Under the pieces are notes generated by a model. The model was given only the letters and a program-made list of their open reading frames with translations, was not told the DNA's origin and ran no database searches. A stretch of DNA of 64,000 nt, taken from NCBI GenBank assembly GCA_965603825.1, contig CBFDEM010000020.1, positions 558,001 to 622,000 of the forward strand. Reading direction: 5' to 3'. The translations under genes were made by a program, and so were the position numbers. Below, piece after piece: positions 47,893 through 61,750 of the stretch; position 1 is the stretch's first letter, and each line of letters starts with the position of its first letter. Source of the DNA: Blepharisma stoltei ATCC 30299. Lineage: Eukaryota; Protista; Ciliophora.

Positions 47893-49638
47893 ATGATAAC
47901 CAGACTTTTGAGAAGAAGCATAGGCCTCACAAAAGTCCCTCATGCGTGGTTTGAGCCAGATCACCCTCTTATAAAGTCTGATAATGATTATAACGACTTT
48001 ACAAAGCATTTCGAAAAATTAGCGAAAAAAGAAAGAGAAAGAGGAAAAGGAAAAGAAGACGACTCAAATGCAAATTTGAGCTATATGGAGCACAATGCCA
48101 GTTCTGAAAGGATGTATGAAGTCAAAAGAGAAGACTTCATGAAGAATCAAGAACTAATTGCCATGTACTTGAAGCGCTATGCCAATTTGAATCCTGAATT
48201 AATTATTCAAGATGCTGAGGAAATTGAAGCAATCAAATTCGACACAAGGCTTCAGCAATTAGAACCTTTCGATACAAATTACCTTTATCACGAAATGGAA
48301 AAGCTAGAAGAAGCTGATGCAAGGTACATCTTTTCACGATTCAGCTTGCCCGGCTTCAAAAGACTATTAGATGTAGTTTTAACAAAAGCGCCTTTATTTG
48401 GGATCATGGTCCCAATGGCTGAATATGATAAATTGGCAAAAATCAATGTTGAAGTAGCAACTAAGATCTACTCGTTTAACTATGGAGATGGTATCACTTT
48501 TGACGATAAAGAAAGATCTCTATATAGAAGCATGCTTCTGCAACAATCAGCAACACAAGATTGGCTAGATAGCAGACCTTATCCTATGATCAATGAAGCT
48601 GAAAATAATTTTGTGACAGGGATGATCAACTGGCCTGGAACAGAAGACCAGGAATATACCACTCTTTATCGTCCCTATTATAGAGACTTCCACATTACAG
48701 ATGACACATATGATTTTAATGAAAAAACACCTTTTTTAGGAAGGATCGCTCGATCATTATGGCTAAGAACAATATACTAGTAAGCTTTATTCAGTAACCC
48801 AACTAAAGAAGGAAGTATATATGGCCATAAAATTATTGAAAGGCTTATAAAATACTTGAGCTGTCCTGAGTTCAAATATGGTAATTTCTATTCAGCTTTT
48901 GACCTGCCTGGAAGCTTTCTATCAAGAAACAACATTTTTTATATCCACATTTGACTTGTAAACGAAAGGCTAAACAATATTTGCAATGGAATCGTCGAAG
49001 ATTTATCCCATATCTCAGTTTTCAAACAAATCATCTCTTCTCAAGCCAGGAAAAGAGTAAGATCTGCTAAAACATTAATCCGAATGATTCAATCAATGAT
49101 CTCAACATTCGAAAAAGTGGCCAAAATAGAGACAAAGAAAAACATAGGCAGAGTAGCAATTGCTGACCAAAATAAAAAGAGGATCAATAATCTAAGTGAA
49201 AAATTCATGGAGCAAGTGACAAGATTGTTTCATGATCACTTTGTCATCAATCAAAAATCGGTGGATGGACTAGAAGAATTAATGCAAAAGACCTTTTTCC
49301 CTGGCTCTCCTAAGAGCATAAATAAGCCCTTTGTTCATCAAATTGGTGAGTATGTAATTAAGCATAGGGAATATTTAAGCACATTATCGATAAATGATAT
49401 CTGCCTTTGCAATATCGATTGGAATATTGATAGAATTGATAAGGAAGCAGTGAGAAAGAAAATAGAATTATTAAAGCCTGAAGAGGCAACAATCAAAGAG
49501 ACAGAGTTTAATAAGGAAGAGCTTGGAATTATCCATAATTTAGAAGAGTTTTTGCCAGAGCCAAAGAAAAGAAGTGAAGAGCCAGATATCAAGCCGAAAA
49601 GAAAATTCGATGATAAATACAGGCCTATTAAGTCATAA
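47893..49638 (+). CDS. mitochondrial protein with Cbp3/UQCC1-like region, ~576 aa
   Basis: Presequence MITRLLRRSIG; intron 48780-48794 removes TAG and joins ORF 49084; FYSAFDLPGSFLSRNNIFYIHI-W-LVNERL resembles the Cbp3/UQCC1 motif F...PDTF......LHVW...R. Confidence 0.68.
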
Positions 49639-49998
49639 TTTATTTTTAGAATTAGTCTATACACTATAAAATCAATAATAAGATTATAGTTAAAGATTTA
49701 AATATGCCCATTCTGCAAAATTTTTTGCATTTCAAAAATACTTTTCTTTTAAAGCTTGAAAATTAAAATTTCTCTAATGAACAATATGGCATTTAATAGA
49801 AATGATTTTAAATCTATTCATACTAAGATTTTGTAACGCTTACCAATAAAAGATCTTTAAAAACTAGATAGAGTTAAAAATTTAAACTTAAAAAATTATT
49901 GATAATGATGCCTTATGTGATCTGTCGGCATCGGAATATAAATACACGCCAATACTGATTAAAACTAATTTCTCGATTCTTAAGGGTGAATATAAAAA

Positions 49999-50820
49999 AT
50001 GTCAACCTCAAGCGGAACTTTAATCGTGCGTCCAATTTGTGCCAAGCTAACCCACGATACAGAAACATTCGGAAAGATGGATCCATACTGTGTTGTCACT
50101 ATAGGTGGCCAAAAGCACCGAACTGTTGTAGCTCACAGTGCTGGAAAATATCCAAATTGGCAGGACCAATTAGTTTTCACTAAATCAAGTGAAGACATTA
50201 TTTCTTTCGAAGTATGGGATAAAGACACAGCATCAGCTGATGATTTAATCGGAGAAGCTTCACTAGCAATTGCAACAATTCTGGCAAAGCCAAATTATGA
50301 AGAATGGGTTCCATTAACCTATAAAGGAAGAAAAGCTGGAGAAATTAGAGTTAATATAACTTTTCAGCCAAGCGCTCCTGTCCCTACTGTCCATGGAATA
50401 CCTGCTAATATGGTTAACATGGGCGGATATCAGTATGCTCCAATGTATCCAGTACCTGGACAGGCTCCTTATCCATACCCCTATCCATATCCTCCACAAA
50501 GCTATGCACAACCTCCTCCGTATCCTCAATCGATGTACCCAACATTAAACCCAAATCAACAACCCCAACCATACTATCCTCCTCAGCCAGGTTATCCTCC
50601 ACAGCAAGGATATCCTCCAAATGCTCAAAGACCACCTCAGCCTTATGGCTCAATCCCTCCTCCAGTGTCCCAACCTGGATATCTCCCATCTAACATTCAA
50701 CCTAGTTCAGCTCCTCATAACGCACCTCCATCCTACCCTCCTCAGAACCCTCCTCCAAGTTATCCTCCTCAAAATATGCCACAAGGCCAGCAAGGATTTT
50801 ATCCTTATGCTCCGAAATAA
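49999..50820 (+). CDS. C2-domain protein with Pro/Tyr/Gln-rich tail, 273 aa
   Basis: HDTETFGKMDPYCVV...YPNWQDQLVF...FEVWDKDTASADDLIG is a C2 domain with Ca-binding Asp residues; YPPQ repeats follow. Confidence 0.9.
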   Translation: MSTSSGTLIVRPICAKLTHDTETFGKMDPYCVVTIGGQKHRTVVAHSAGKYPNWQDQLVFTKSSEDIISFEVWDKDTASADDLIGEASLAIATILAKPNYEEWVPLTYKGRKAGEIRVNITFQPSAPVPTVHGIPANMVNMGGYQYAPMYPVPGQAPYPYPYPYPPQSYAQPPPYPQSMYPTLNPNQQPQPYYPPQPGYPPQQGYPPNAQRPPQPYGSIPPPVSQPGYLPSNIQPSSAPHNAPPSYPPQNPPPSYPPQNMPQGQQGFYPYAPK

Positions 50821-50843
50821 ATAATTACATTTTATATCGATTA

Positions 50844-53800
50844 TTATAAGAGTTTACTATTGACGTTAATAAAATCATATTCAATACCTTCATAAATACT
50901 ATCCCAGTCAGTTTCGCTCATTTCTGAGTTATAGAGCATGCAGTACTGAATTAAATTTTTCATCATGATTTCTAATTCTTCATAGTTTTCCGCTTCTAGT
51001 CAAGGAGTCTGCATTTTTCTGCTTAGTACAATTCCAACGCCTGCAGTGTCTTCAACTCTTCTGATCCTCTTAGCTACTGCTTTGAATCCTTTAATAAAAG
51101 GTTTTACCAGAAGAGGCATAAAATCATTTGAAACTCCTTCTGTGAGTTCAATTTCAGGGACGTCAAACAGATATAAGCACATGATTTCTTGGAACTGCAG
51201 AAGTTTAGTCGCAAGAAACATATCTACAAGCCTGAGTATTGAAAATATCGAAAACAAGCGGTTTCTCTGAGGAATCGTAGATATTAAAGTTGCATGAAAG
51301 TGGGGCCAGATTTGAATCCAGATATCTTTGAATAAAAAATTATCAAATTTTAGTGAAATCACTCTGATTAGTAAGCAGCAAGCAGGGATTAATTTGTCAT
51401 ATTTTATGTGTTCAGCAATCATTTCGTTTAAAGATTGTGTAAATTGTGCATAATCATCTTTGTTACCACTGTAGATTAGCAATGAAGCTGTAAGTAGATT
51501 TCTTAGAGCTGAGCATAAGTCACTTTGTGGCTTTCCAAATGTAACTTTTAAGAGATTTGACACTGGAGAAGAATTTTGGAAAGAGGAAGCCAATGAAATT
51601 ATTTTAGTCCACGACTTAAAAGCAGAAGGAGAAACACTGAGGGCTTCGAAGAATCCATTGCTTGTGATAAATTCGATGATAGTTTTTAGCACTGATTTAA
51701 AAATTCTTTCTCCCCCTGAATTAATAAGTACTCAGAGCAAAGAGCTTGCAGCATCAATAGCGCATGAATACTTGTCCAGCTCTGATAAAATCCTTTTCGA
51801 TACTTTTGTCATGATTCCAGTTTCTCTTTGCTCAGCATACTGCTCAGGCCACCCTAGCAAAATAGCATTTAAGCCAACTTTCGAGAACGCTCCCAGTACA
51901 AGAGCTCCTATATTTTTCCAGTTTCCACTGATTTCTTCTGGGTAATATAGCTTTAAAGGTTCCTGATCTCAATTAAGCGCCTCTTCAATTTTTTCAAACA
52001 AATTTTCTATTAAATCTTGCAGTTCCTTCCCTATTCTTCGATCTGAAATTGGATTATAAGTTTTTGTAAATTTAGATAGAGAGTTAAATATATATATAAG
52101 ATAAACCAGCATTTCCTTATATGTTGAATTTATAATCAGCTTTATGATAGATATTGAGATAATCCATATATTTTCTTCAAGAACCTCTAAATTGGAATCT
52201 GATTGATAGATTTCTAAGCATATATAAAAAAAATGGGCCATATTTAATTCTTTTCCTTCATAAAATTGTGGCTTTCTTCCTTTTCCATTTGACATTAATT
52301 CTAAACTGTCTAAAAGAATCTCTAAAAAACTATCCAGCTTCATATGGAAAAATGGGATGATTTTTCCAAAGGTTGGTAAATGGACATATGATTTCATCAT
52401 CGATTTGCTATGATAAACCCAAAAAGAAAATAATGAAGCCATAAACTCCTTGGGGTATTTGTGTAAAATAGGAGAAAAAAGAGACCGCAGCTCTTCACCA
52501 ATTTGCACTAAAACTCGAGTTGTAGATTTATAGTCCTTTTCAACAAGAAATGAGTTAGCAAGTGAAAACAAGCACCCAAATTCTTTAAAAAGCATTTCTT
52601 TTACTTGAGCTGGACACCAAGCTTTAATAGTGACTGTTTCATCAATTTCCAAAATTTGAAGCACAAGTGATCTTAAGCCTGATAAAAGGATAGTATTTTT
52701 GGTACCCACAATAATACTTACATACGAGTGAAGTAAGGATTCGAAATATTCAGTTAAAATATGTGGAGGTAAATAACAAATCATGAACCCTATTACTCTT
52801 GTAATAAATTTCATTCATAAAATACGAAGATATTGGTTTTCAGTATTTAGTCGCTTCAAAATTGAGTCTTTGAAAACAGATGAGGCAAGAATTTCAGTGC
52901 AGAAAGTTGGGTTAGATTCAATTTCAGAGTTAAAAAGAGCAGTCTGTATGACTACAAGTAATTGATTTTCCAATACAAAAGTTTTAGAAATTATTGAGTA
53001 GTACAAGCAGGATAAACTGGTTTCTAATATTTTATAAGCAATATCGCATGATACTCCTTTACCAAGCAGCTCCAAAATTTCGCACGCCACTTCCTGTATA
53101 GCTTTATTTTCTATTGGATTTTTTTCGCTTTCTGATGTAATAAACAGAAGTGAGCCTCCTATAATTACTTCCAAGTAAGTCTCTCCATTTACTTCATGTA
53201 AGCTGATGCAGTCTTTTGCATATTTACTTATCTCAGTTGATTTTATAGCTTCAATAAATGCGTCTTCTCCAAATTTGATAAGAGAAATTATTTTTTTCAA
53301 TGAATCAAGAACTCGGTTCACATCAAATAGCTTGCTGTATCTATATGAATTCAAAGATATGTTTGTCCTCTTAGTAGAAGGATGAAACATTATTGTGAAA
53401 ATAGGGTCAATAAGGCAAGATACTTTGCATTGAGCATGAATAATTCATTCTTTTGCTGTATGCCGAATAATTGGACTTTCATCAGTTAAAAAATCAATCA
53501 TAATAAAAACCCCATTGCAGTCTAACAAAATTTTTTGCATTTCATCTGGCCAGCTTTGTGCAGCTTTTTCTCAAAAGGTGATAAAAAGCCATATTGATTT
53601 TTCTCTTAAGTGAATATTTCCGTCTAATAATTGCAAAGCTAAAGATTCGTTTCATACAGCCTTCAGGTGGTCATAGGATTTTATTAAAAGCTTTATTGCA
53701 GTGTCTTGAGATGATGATTGTAAGAGACGTCAAAGAATGTGCAAATGCGCATATGTCATATGTGTATATTTCATATTTATTAGTATTTCCAAGCTTATGA

Positions 53801-55298
53801 GCTGCATTTCAGAGTTGCACCCAATAAAATCTTCGCTTAATTTTATTATTTCCCAGCAATTCAAGCCCATCATATTTAGTTTACACAAGTAATTTCCAAG
53901 CTGAAGAAGGAAGTTTTTATCAGGCTGAGGCTGTTTTGCAAGATTCAGATATAGTTCTACAGCTTTAGCTCCTCCTTCATTAGGCAAGCTTTCAAGATAC
54001 TCATTCAAAACATCACAAAGTTTTATTGCTTTTCTCTTATTTTCAATATTTGATAAGCAATATAAAATTGCATTCACAATCAAAAACGCAAAGTCTGGAG
54101 GACAGTCAAAGTACTTTGTACCGAACTCGAGAACTTTTAAGCAGAATCCAGATCGGTCTTCTAGATGTTCTAATAATAGTTTTTTGAAAGATTTCCAAAA
54201 GACTTCAGTTCTTTCATCCTTAAAAATCAGCAAAACTCTATTATTGAAATTATCCTTGACTTTCCAAATCTCATCTTCTACTATATGCCCAACATAGCTC
54301 ATGGCAATGTTTTCCAAAATTAAATCCCCCATACTTTCATCTTCTATAAGTACGTCAACAATTTTCATGCTTTTAAGCTTAACCTCATCACTTGCTCCTG
54401 CTTGAATTAATTTGTGATGGCAGTCGAATATTCTTTCCAGGGCTGTTTTTAGCGTATTTATGAAAATTCGGGTTTGCTTTTCATCAACTTCGTTTGGAAA
54501 TGCTCATTCCCAAAGTCTTCGAATTAGCGTGTGGTCTTTGGATTCCATTAAGAGTAAAGACCCTTCCATAAGCAAAACTTTGTGCTCAAGTTCTATATTA
54601 GGTGAAGATAAAGGAAAATAAGATTTTATTAAATCCATTGCATGCCTTTTCACTTTCATATTTGAGTCTGTCAAAGCTTCAAGTATTGCAGTAACAATAA
54701 GATTTCTATGAATACTGATATCCAGCCTTTTCGATAAATAAATTAAAGCAGAAAGTCTATGTCTTTTGTATTTGAGTAAAAGCCATAAAAGAATTCCATG
54801 AGTCTCGTATTTCATCACATTTGCACATCGATCCAAAATCTCAGCGACTTTTTGAAAATATTCCTGCTTCTCTTCAGCCCCTGATATCAGGCAGCAAATA
54901 AGCCCGCTTAAAATATGTTTGTTTTTGGTTATTTTCCCTATAAATACACTATCTATTAAATTCAGAAATTGTTCTTTGTTAGCGCAATATTGAAAGAATG
55001 AGAAAAGGCCTGCACAAAATAAATGAAAGTACTGATCTTGCACAGTTGATAGCAATGATTTATATATTTCAAGAGTTTTGCTGTGCAGACCTTGAGGAAG
55101 GCCAGGATTTAAACATTGAGCCAATCGAGTCGCCAATGTGGTTGTCAATTCTTCATCAAGTGTAAAGTCTTTACAAGAGTCAACTACCTGCTGGAGACTT
55201 TGGAGCCATTTCATTAAATCGCTTCATTCTCATTCTTTTGAGCTTTTCTCAAATTTTGCAAGCCTATTTTTGACCTTTTTATGATATTTTTCTTCCAT
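50844..55298 (-). CDS. DOP1: Dopey (Dop1) family protein, ~1484 aa
   Basis: FEKSSKE-W-E-W-SDL and RLAQCLNPGLPQGLHSKTLEIY (Dopey_N), RRLWE-W, LIDPIFTIMFHPSTKR, WPHF; one intronless frame interrupted only by TGA. Confidence 0.9.
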
Positions 55299-55506
55299 CT
55301 TATAATTGATATAATGATGTATTATCTCAGATTTAATGATATTATTGTACTGCTTAGAGTTTAAGACTAAAAAAATTGTTTCAGACTAATTTTTTGTCAA
55401 CATTTATTTTTACTGTTGTAAGGCTTAATATTATTATGTCTGTAATCTAAAATTTGGACTTTTGCTTAAAACATAAAAAAATATATCTCTCTTCTATAAA
55501 GAAAAT

Positions 55507-56319
55507 ATGAGTTCTTTTTTGAAACTTCTGAATCCTCTGAAATCAGAAAAATCTAGCCAGCATTGCAATATATGTAATGCTTCATTTAATTTGACTTTGA
55601 AGCCTCATGAATGCTCAGAATGCTATACTTTAGTTTGTTCAGAGCATGTAAATAATTCTCCCACAGACGATCCAGTTTGTGACGAGTGTCTTAAAGGAAG
55701 AATCAAAAAGGAGCTAAACGTAGAATACACATATCATCTATCATCTCTCAAAAAGGAACTATCTGAACTTAAAGCATTTAAAAGCGAAAAGAGAAAAGGG
55801 ATAGCATCGATGGACACAAAAATTAACGAATTGATAGATCAGACGAGATCTGAAGAGAAAACACATCATAAGCAGGTCGAAGATTTTGAGCAAAAAACAA
55901 AGGCTTCATTAGACCAAATTAAACAGCTTGAGGAAGAAGAAAAAAAATTAAAAAACGAAATAGAGAGATCTCAAGCAAACACAAAGCAATTAAAAGAAAA
56001 ATTAGTTTCAGTTAATGGAGCCCAACAATCCAGGAAGCTTGAAAAAACGGGATTAGAAACTGAGGTTGATGAGTTTAATGAGCAGGAAACGAAGCTATTA
56101 GAAGAAAACCAGCAGCTCATAACGTATCAAAGAGTAAGGACTATGTCTTGTTCGAAATGCCATAAAACTATAAAGCAGAGATTTAAAGAGAAAATTATAG
56201 AAATTCTGAGATTTGAGGGTCATGAAGAAATGATAGCAAGCCTTGAAGGGGAGATAAAGACTGGCAAGAAGGACCAAGAAGAGGTAACAAGAAATCCATG
56301 TGCTTGTGCTATAATTTAG
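55507..56319 (+). CDS. FYVE-like zinc finger, coiled coil and CaaX protein, 270 aa
   Basis: CNIC..F....HECSEC...VCSEH...VCDEC; long heptad region; CSKC; C-terminal CACAII prenylation motif. Confidence 0.8.
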   Translation: MSSFLKLLNPLKSEKSSQHCNICNASFNLTLKPHECSECYTLVCSEHVNNSPTDDPVCDECLKGRIKKELNVEYTYHLSSLKKELSELKAFKSEKRKGIASMDTKINELIDQTRSEEKTHHKQVEDFEQKTKASLDQIKQLEEEEKKLKNEIERSQANTKQLKEKLVSVNGAQQSRKLEKTGLETEVDEFNEQETKLLEENQQLITYQRVRTMSCSKCHKTIKQRFKEKIIEILRFEGHEEMIASLEGEIKTGKKDQEEVTRNPCACAII

Positions 56320-56467
56320 GTATATTTAATCACTCATCAATTCAGATTTTTTTATCAGATATATTACTAGTGGAAATTTTATTTATTGCAATAAATAATA
56401 AATTAACTTTTAAAAATTAATGAAATATTTATTTTTAACAATAGAAAATAAATTAAATAATTAAAAT

Positions 56468-59400
56468 TTATAATTTAGACAAAGTTTTGTGAAGTCGATT
56501 TCTTGGTGTAAGTGACTCATGAAATTTTCTTTGAATTAATCTGTTCTTTAGAAAGCTAGGACGCTGAGTTTGATTCTGAGGTGTCAAATATCAATATTCC
56601 CTCATATAAAGCCCTGAAAAACTTGTTGTAAATGGATCTTGGCTGACTTCTCGCTCCAATGGCATTTCTCTCACTCTTTTAACTCGATATTTTACATATC
56701 GAATATATTTGCCCATAATATAAAACTTATAGCTCAAATCGTCTCCAAAATCATAAAACTTTTCTAGCTTCCTTGCAATTATTTCTTTGGATTTTTTGAT
56801 TAGTCTAGCCCACTTATCGATTATTTGAGTAGAAATTGCTTTGCGATGTTTCGGCGATTCCAATTCTTGCATTTGAATTGGGATTTTTCGGATCAATAAT
56901 ATTAATTCATTACTCGCATCTTTATCAAGCATAGAAATAATTGTTGATTTATTGGCATAGAATAGCCCTGTTCCTAAATACCCTCTTAAAAATATTGTAA
57001 TATAATCATCAACCCCATCCATTATTCTTCTAACTATTACTCTTTCTCAGATTTTGGCTGGGTTTTCTAGTTTTTTAATTCCAAGAGATTGTGTTTCTAT
57101 ATCAAACTCAGCGCGATATTCTTTGATAGCCAGGCTGATTTTTGTGGTTTCTTCATTTATTCAATCTTTAAGCAATCTTTTTCCCTCAGTTTCATCTGGC
57201 TCATATACTTTTTTTAAAACTGGGAGTATTTTTTTAAAAGAATCTTTATTTTTTTCTCCCATTTCCCTTTTTTCTTTTAATAGTAATCCTTTAATCAAAT
57301 GTCCGTAAGAGTTATAGAAATCGTTAATCTTTGACTCTGAGTCTGTCTGCGTAAAAACACTGAATTTATCTCTAAAGTGCTCTTTAAGTTTTGAAACCAG
57401 TAAATCTTTCAATTTTATATTTTCTCCTATTTGATAATTTATTAAGTCTTCCAATTTCGCATTTTTATTCAATTGAAAATTTACTTGATGCTGGAATAAG
57501 GTTTGGTATAACGAGTCTTGGAATGATTTAACGATGGATGATGTTTGCTGTCGGATTAATTTAGAAGAGTTGTTATAGGAATAATCAATTTTATGCTTAA
57601 CTCGAGACCGAGATGTAGCTTCAGTTGACTGAGAAGTTGGGTGTTTATCAATTATTTCAGTAGTTGATTGAGGAAGTTCGAGATTGATTTTTATTTCTTG
57701 CTTAGCTTTTATTGGGGTTTCTGGCTCTTTTAAAAGAAATCCTGATGGATTTTTGCTTTTAGACTGTAAGTTTAAATTGTCTTGTTTCGAATCAACTAGA
57801 GAATTAGACAGAATATCTTTATCTTCCTTATCGCTTTTATCATTTTCTAGAAAAGTCGATATTTTCTCGGTTTCAGTCAAAAAAATTTGCGACTTTTTCT
57901 TCGCACTAGGCAATCTGGTGACTTCAACAGTATTTTCTATTTTTTGGCTTGGTACAGATTTATTTCGAAAAATTTCACTACTTCTATCTGTTTCTGCTCT
58001 TTGCGATGCTGATTTATTTCTTTTATTTTCCTCAATAGCTAAAATTTCTATTTTCGGCGGTATAATTTTTTCAGGTACTTGGTCCAAATCACTTTTTTGG
58101 TAAGCTGTCTTGTTCCTTCTTCTTCCTTCAGCTCCACTTTTTTCTTCAGATTTCTCTTCAATAGCAAGCATTCCTTGTTTTTCTTCTTTTAAAGCATTTC
58201 TAATAGATGGCTTAGCCGTGCTTCTTCTTTTAGGGTTTCTCTGAAATGCAGCTGCTTTTAATTTTGCCTCAGCTTGCTTATTTTTTTCTAACTGTTTGCA
58301 AGCTTGCTCTTGAAGGGTTGAATCAATCTTATAAGAATCAATAATTTTCAAAAGCTTTTGCTTTGTTTCATAGTCACATTTCAAAGCCATGCTTGACAGA
58401 GCACTACGAAAATCATTGAATAAAGCTATGAGCTTTTCAACAGTTTTTTTCTCTTCAAATTCTTCTTTTTGTAATTTAGATTCAAGTTTCTTGAATTTTC
58501 CTTTGTCAACCAATTTGCTGCATATATCTTGGTGCTCCTTAATGAAGTAGGTTTTCTTTACAAATAATAAAGAACAACTTTTTAGCTTACTAATATCTTC
58601 TTTTATTAGGGCATTTTCCTGGAATAATTCCCTGTTTTTTTCAACGGTGATACTAATTTTATTTTCTAGCCCTTTGATAATTCTTTCTGAATTTCTTAAT
58701 TTTTTTTCCAAAATACCTTTTGCTGCAGTAATAGTTGAGATGGCCTTCATTGCGCTAGGCAAATCATTAATTTGATCTATCGCTGTCGCCTTTAATAAAA
58801 TTTCATCTTCTCTTAGCATAGTCTCATATTCCTGACTAAGCTTGTCATTATATACCATCAAAATTCTATCAAATTCTTCCCTATGCATAGCAAATCTTTC
58901 CTCAAGTAAATTTTCTAATCGTTTAATTTTTAGCCCGCATTTTTCTTTAACCCAACTTAGCTTATAAAAATTTTTCCTTACCATTTCTTCATATCTTTTC
59001 TCAAATGCTTTCATTTCTTCCTTCAAAAGAGATTCTGCTTCTAAATGATTACTTCAGGATTCAGTTGATATATCCCTGATATCTAAGAAAAAAGGAGGCT
59101 CATATTCTGACATTTTGCTTAAATGCTTAACAAGCTTTTCGCTTTCTTCTGCTGTTTGAGTATTCGGAATAATCTCTTCGTCCATATTCTCTAATTCCTG
59201 CTTGGTATATTCAGAAAATATATCCTTAATTATACACAGTTTTTCATTCAAATTTTTGTAAAGCCCAAGAAACTTTCTGGCATCATTAGAAGCTGAGTAT
59301 GCGTAATCATATTCTAATACAGAAAATTTATTTTCCTTGGCATTTGGAGATGCTTCTTTATTTGGAAGGTAGCCAAATTTCTCTTTCACAACTTCATCTG

Positions 59401-59575
59401 TTATAATTGGGTAGAGCTTTAATATTGTGTTTAAAATTATTGATTGCACAGACTTTAATTTTAACATGTGCCTTGCTAGTTTTCGTTTTGTTTGGCCGCT
59501 ATCTCCAAGGAGAGATTCTTTATTCAGAAAAAAAGAAACAAAAAAATCCATGACTTCTGTTTTCAGCTCTTCCAT
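56468..59575 (-). CDS. large hypothetical coiled-coil / low-complexity protein, ~1035 aa
   Basis: ORFs 59054, 57161 and 56591 are in one frame joined across TGA codons; true stop TAA 56468-56470. Confidence 0.75.
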
Positions 59576-60038
59576 TTAGTGTAGATTGAATTTTTATAAT
59601 CAATTAAATATGAATCCTTGATATACTTGAGAACTAAAGAAGCTTAAGCTAGATTTGAAATAGGATAACTCAATCCTTTAGGAATGATAAAGCTTGACTT
59701 GATGAATTTAAATTTTATAAATCCTTTAAGCAATAAAATTAGCGATGCCAATATCATTCTGAATGCTCAATAAACGAAAGTTGGAGCTATGTGCAAAATA
59801 AAATAGCATTGAATCTTTAAATATTATAAAGATACCTTTAAGTTTCGTTAGAATTTGATCTTTAGAATTTTATTGAGACCTGAGAGAGCAGAGCACGTGG
59901 ATTTCATTTGGGTTCAAGCTCCTCTTCATTGCTTAATAAATCTTTAAAAATTCAAGCTTTGGATGGATTATGTTAGTTCTAAGAAAGTTCTATGCACTAT
60001 TTAATGTTAAACTTCATCCCATTTCTTAATAAAATTAG

Positions 60039-61715
<1,677 letters not shown>

Positions 61716-61750
61716 GGCTCAAGGTTAATTATCTAAGTTACTTTAATTTT

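Noticed and set aside
59976-59991. Heat-shock element upstream of HSP60 (GTTCTAAGAAAGTTCT)
   Set aside because: The first TTC-GAA spacing is 3 nt rather than 2, so only two canonical units; suggestive but not supportable.
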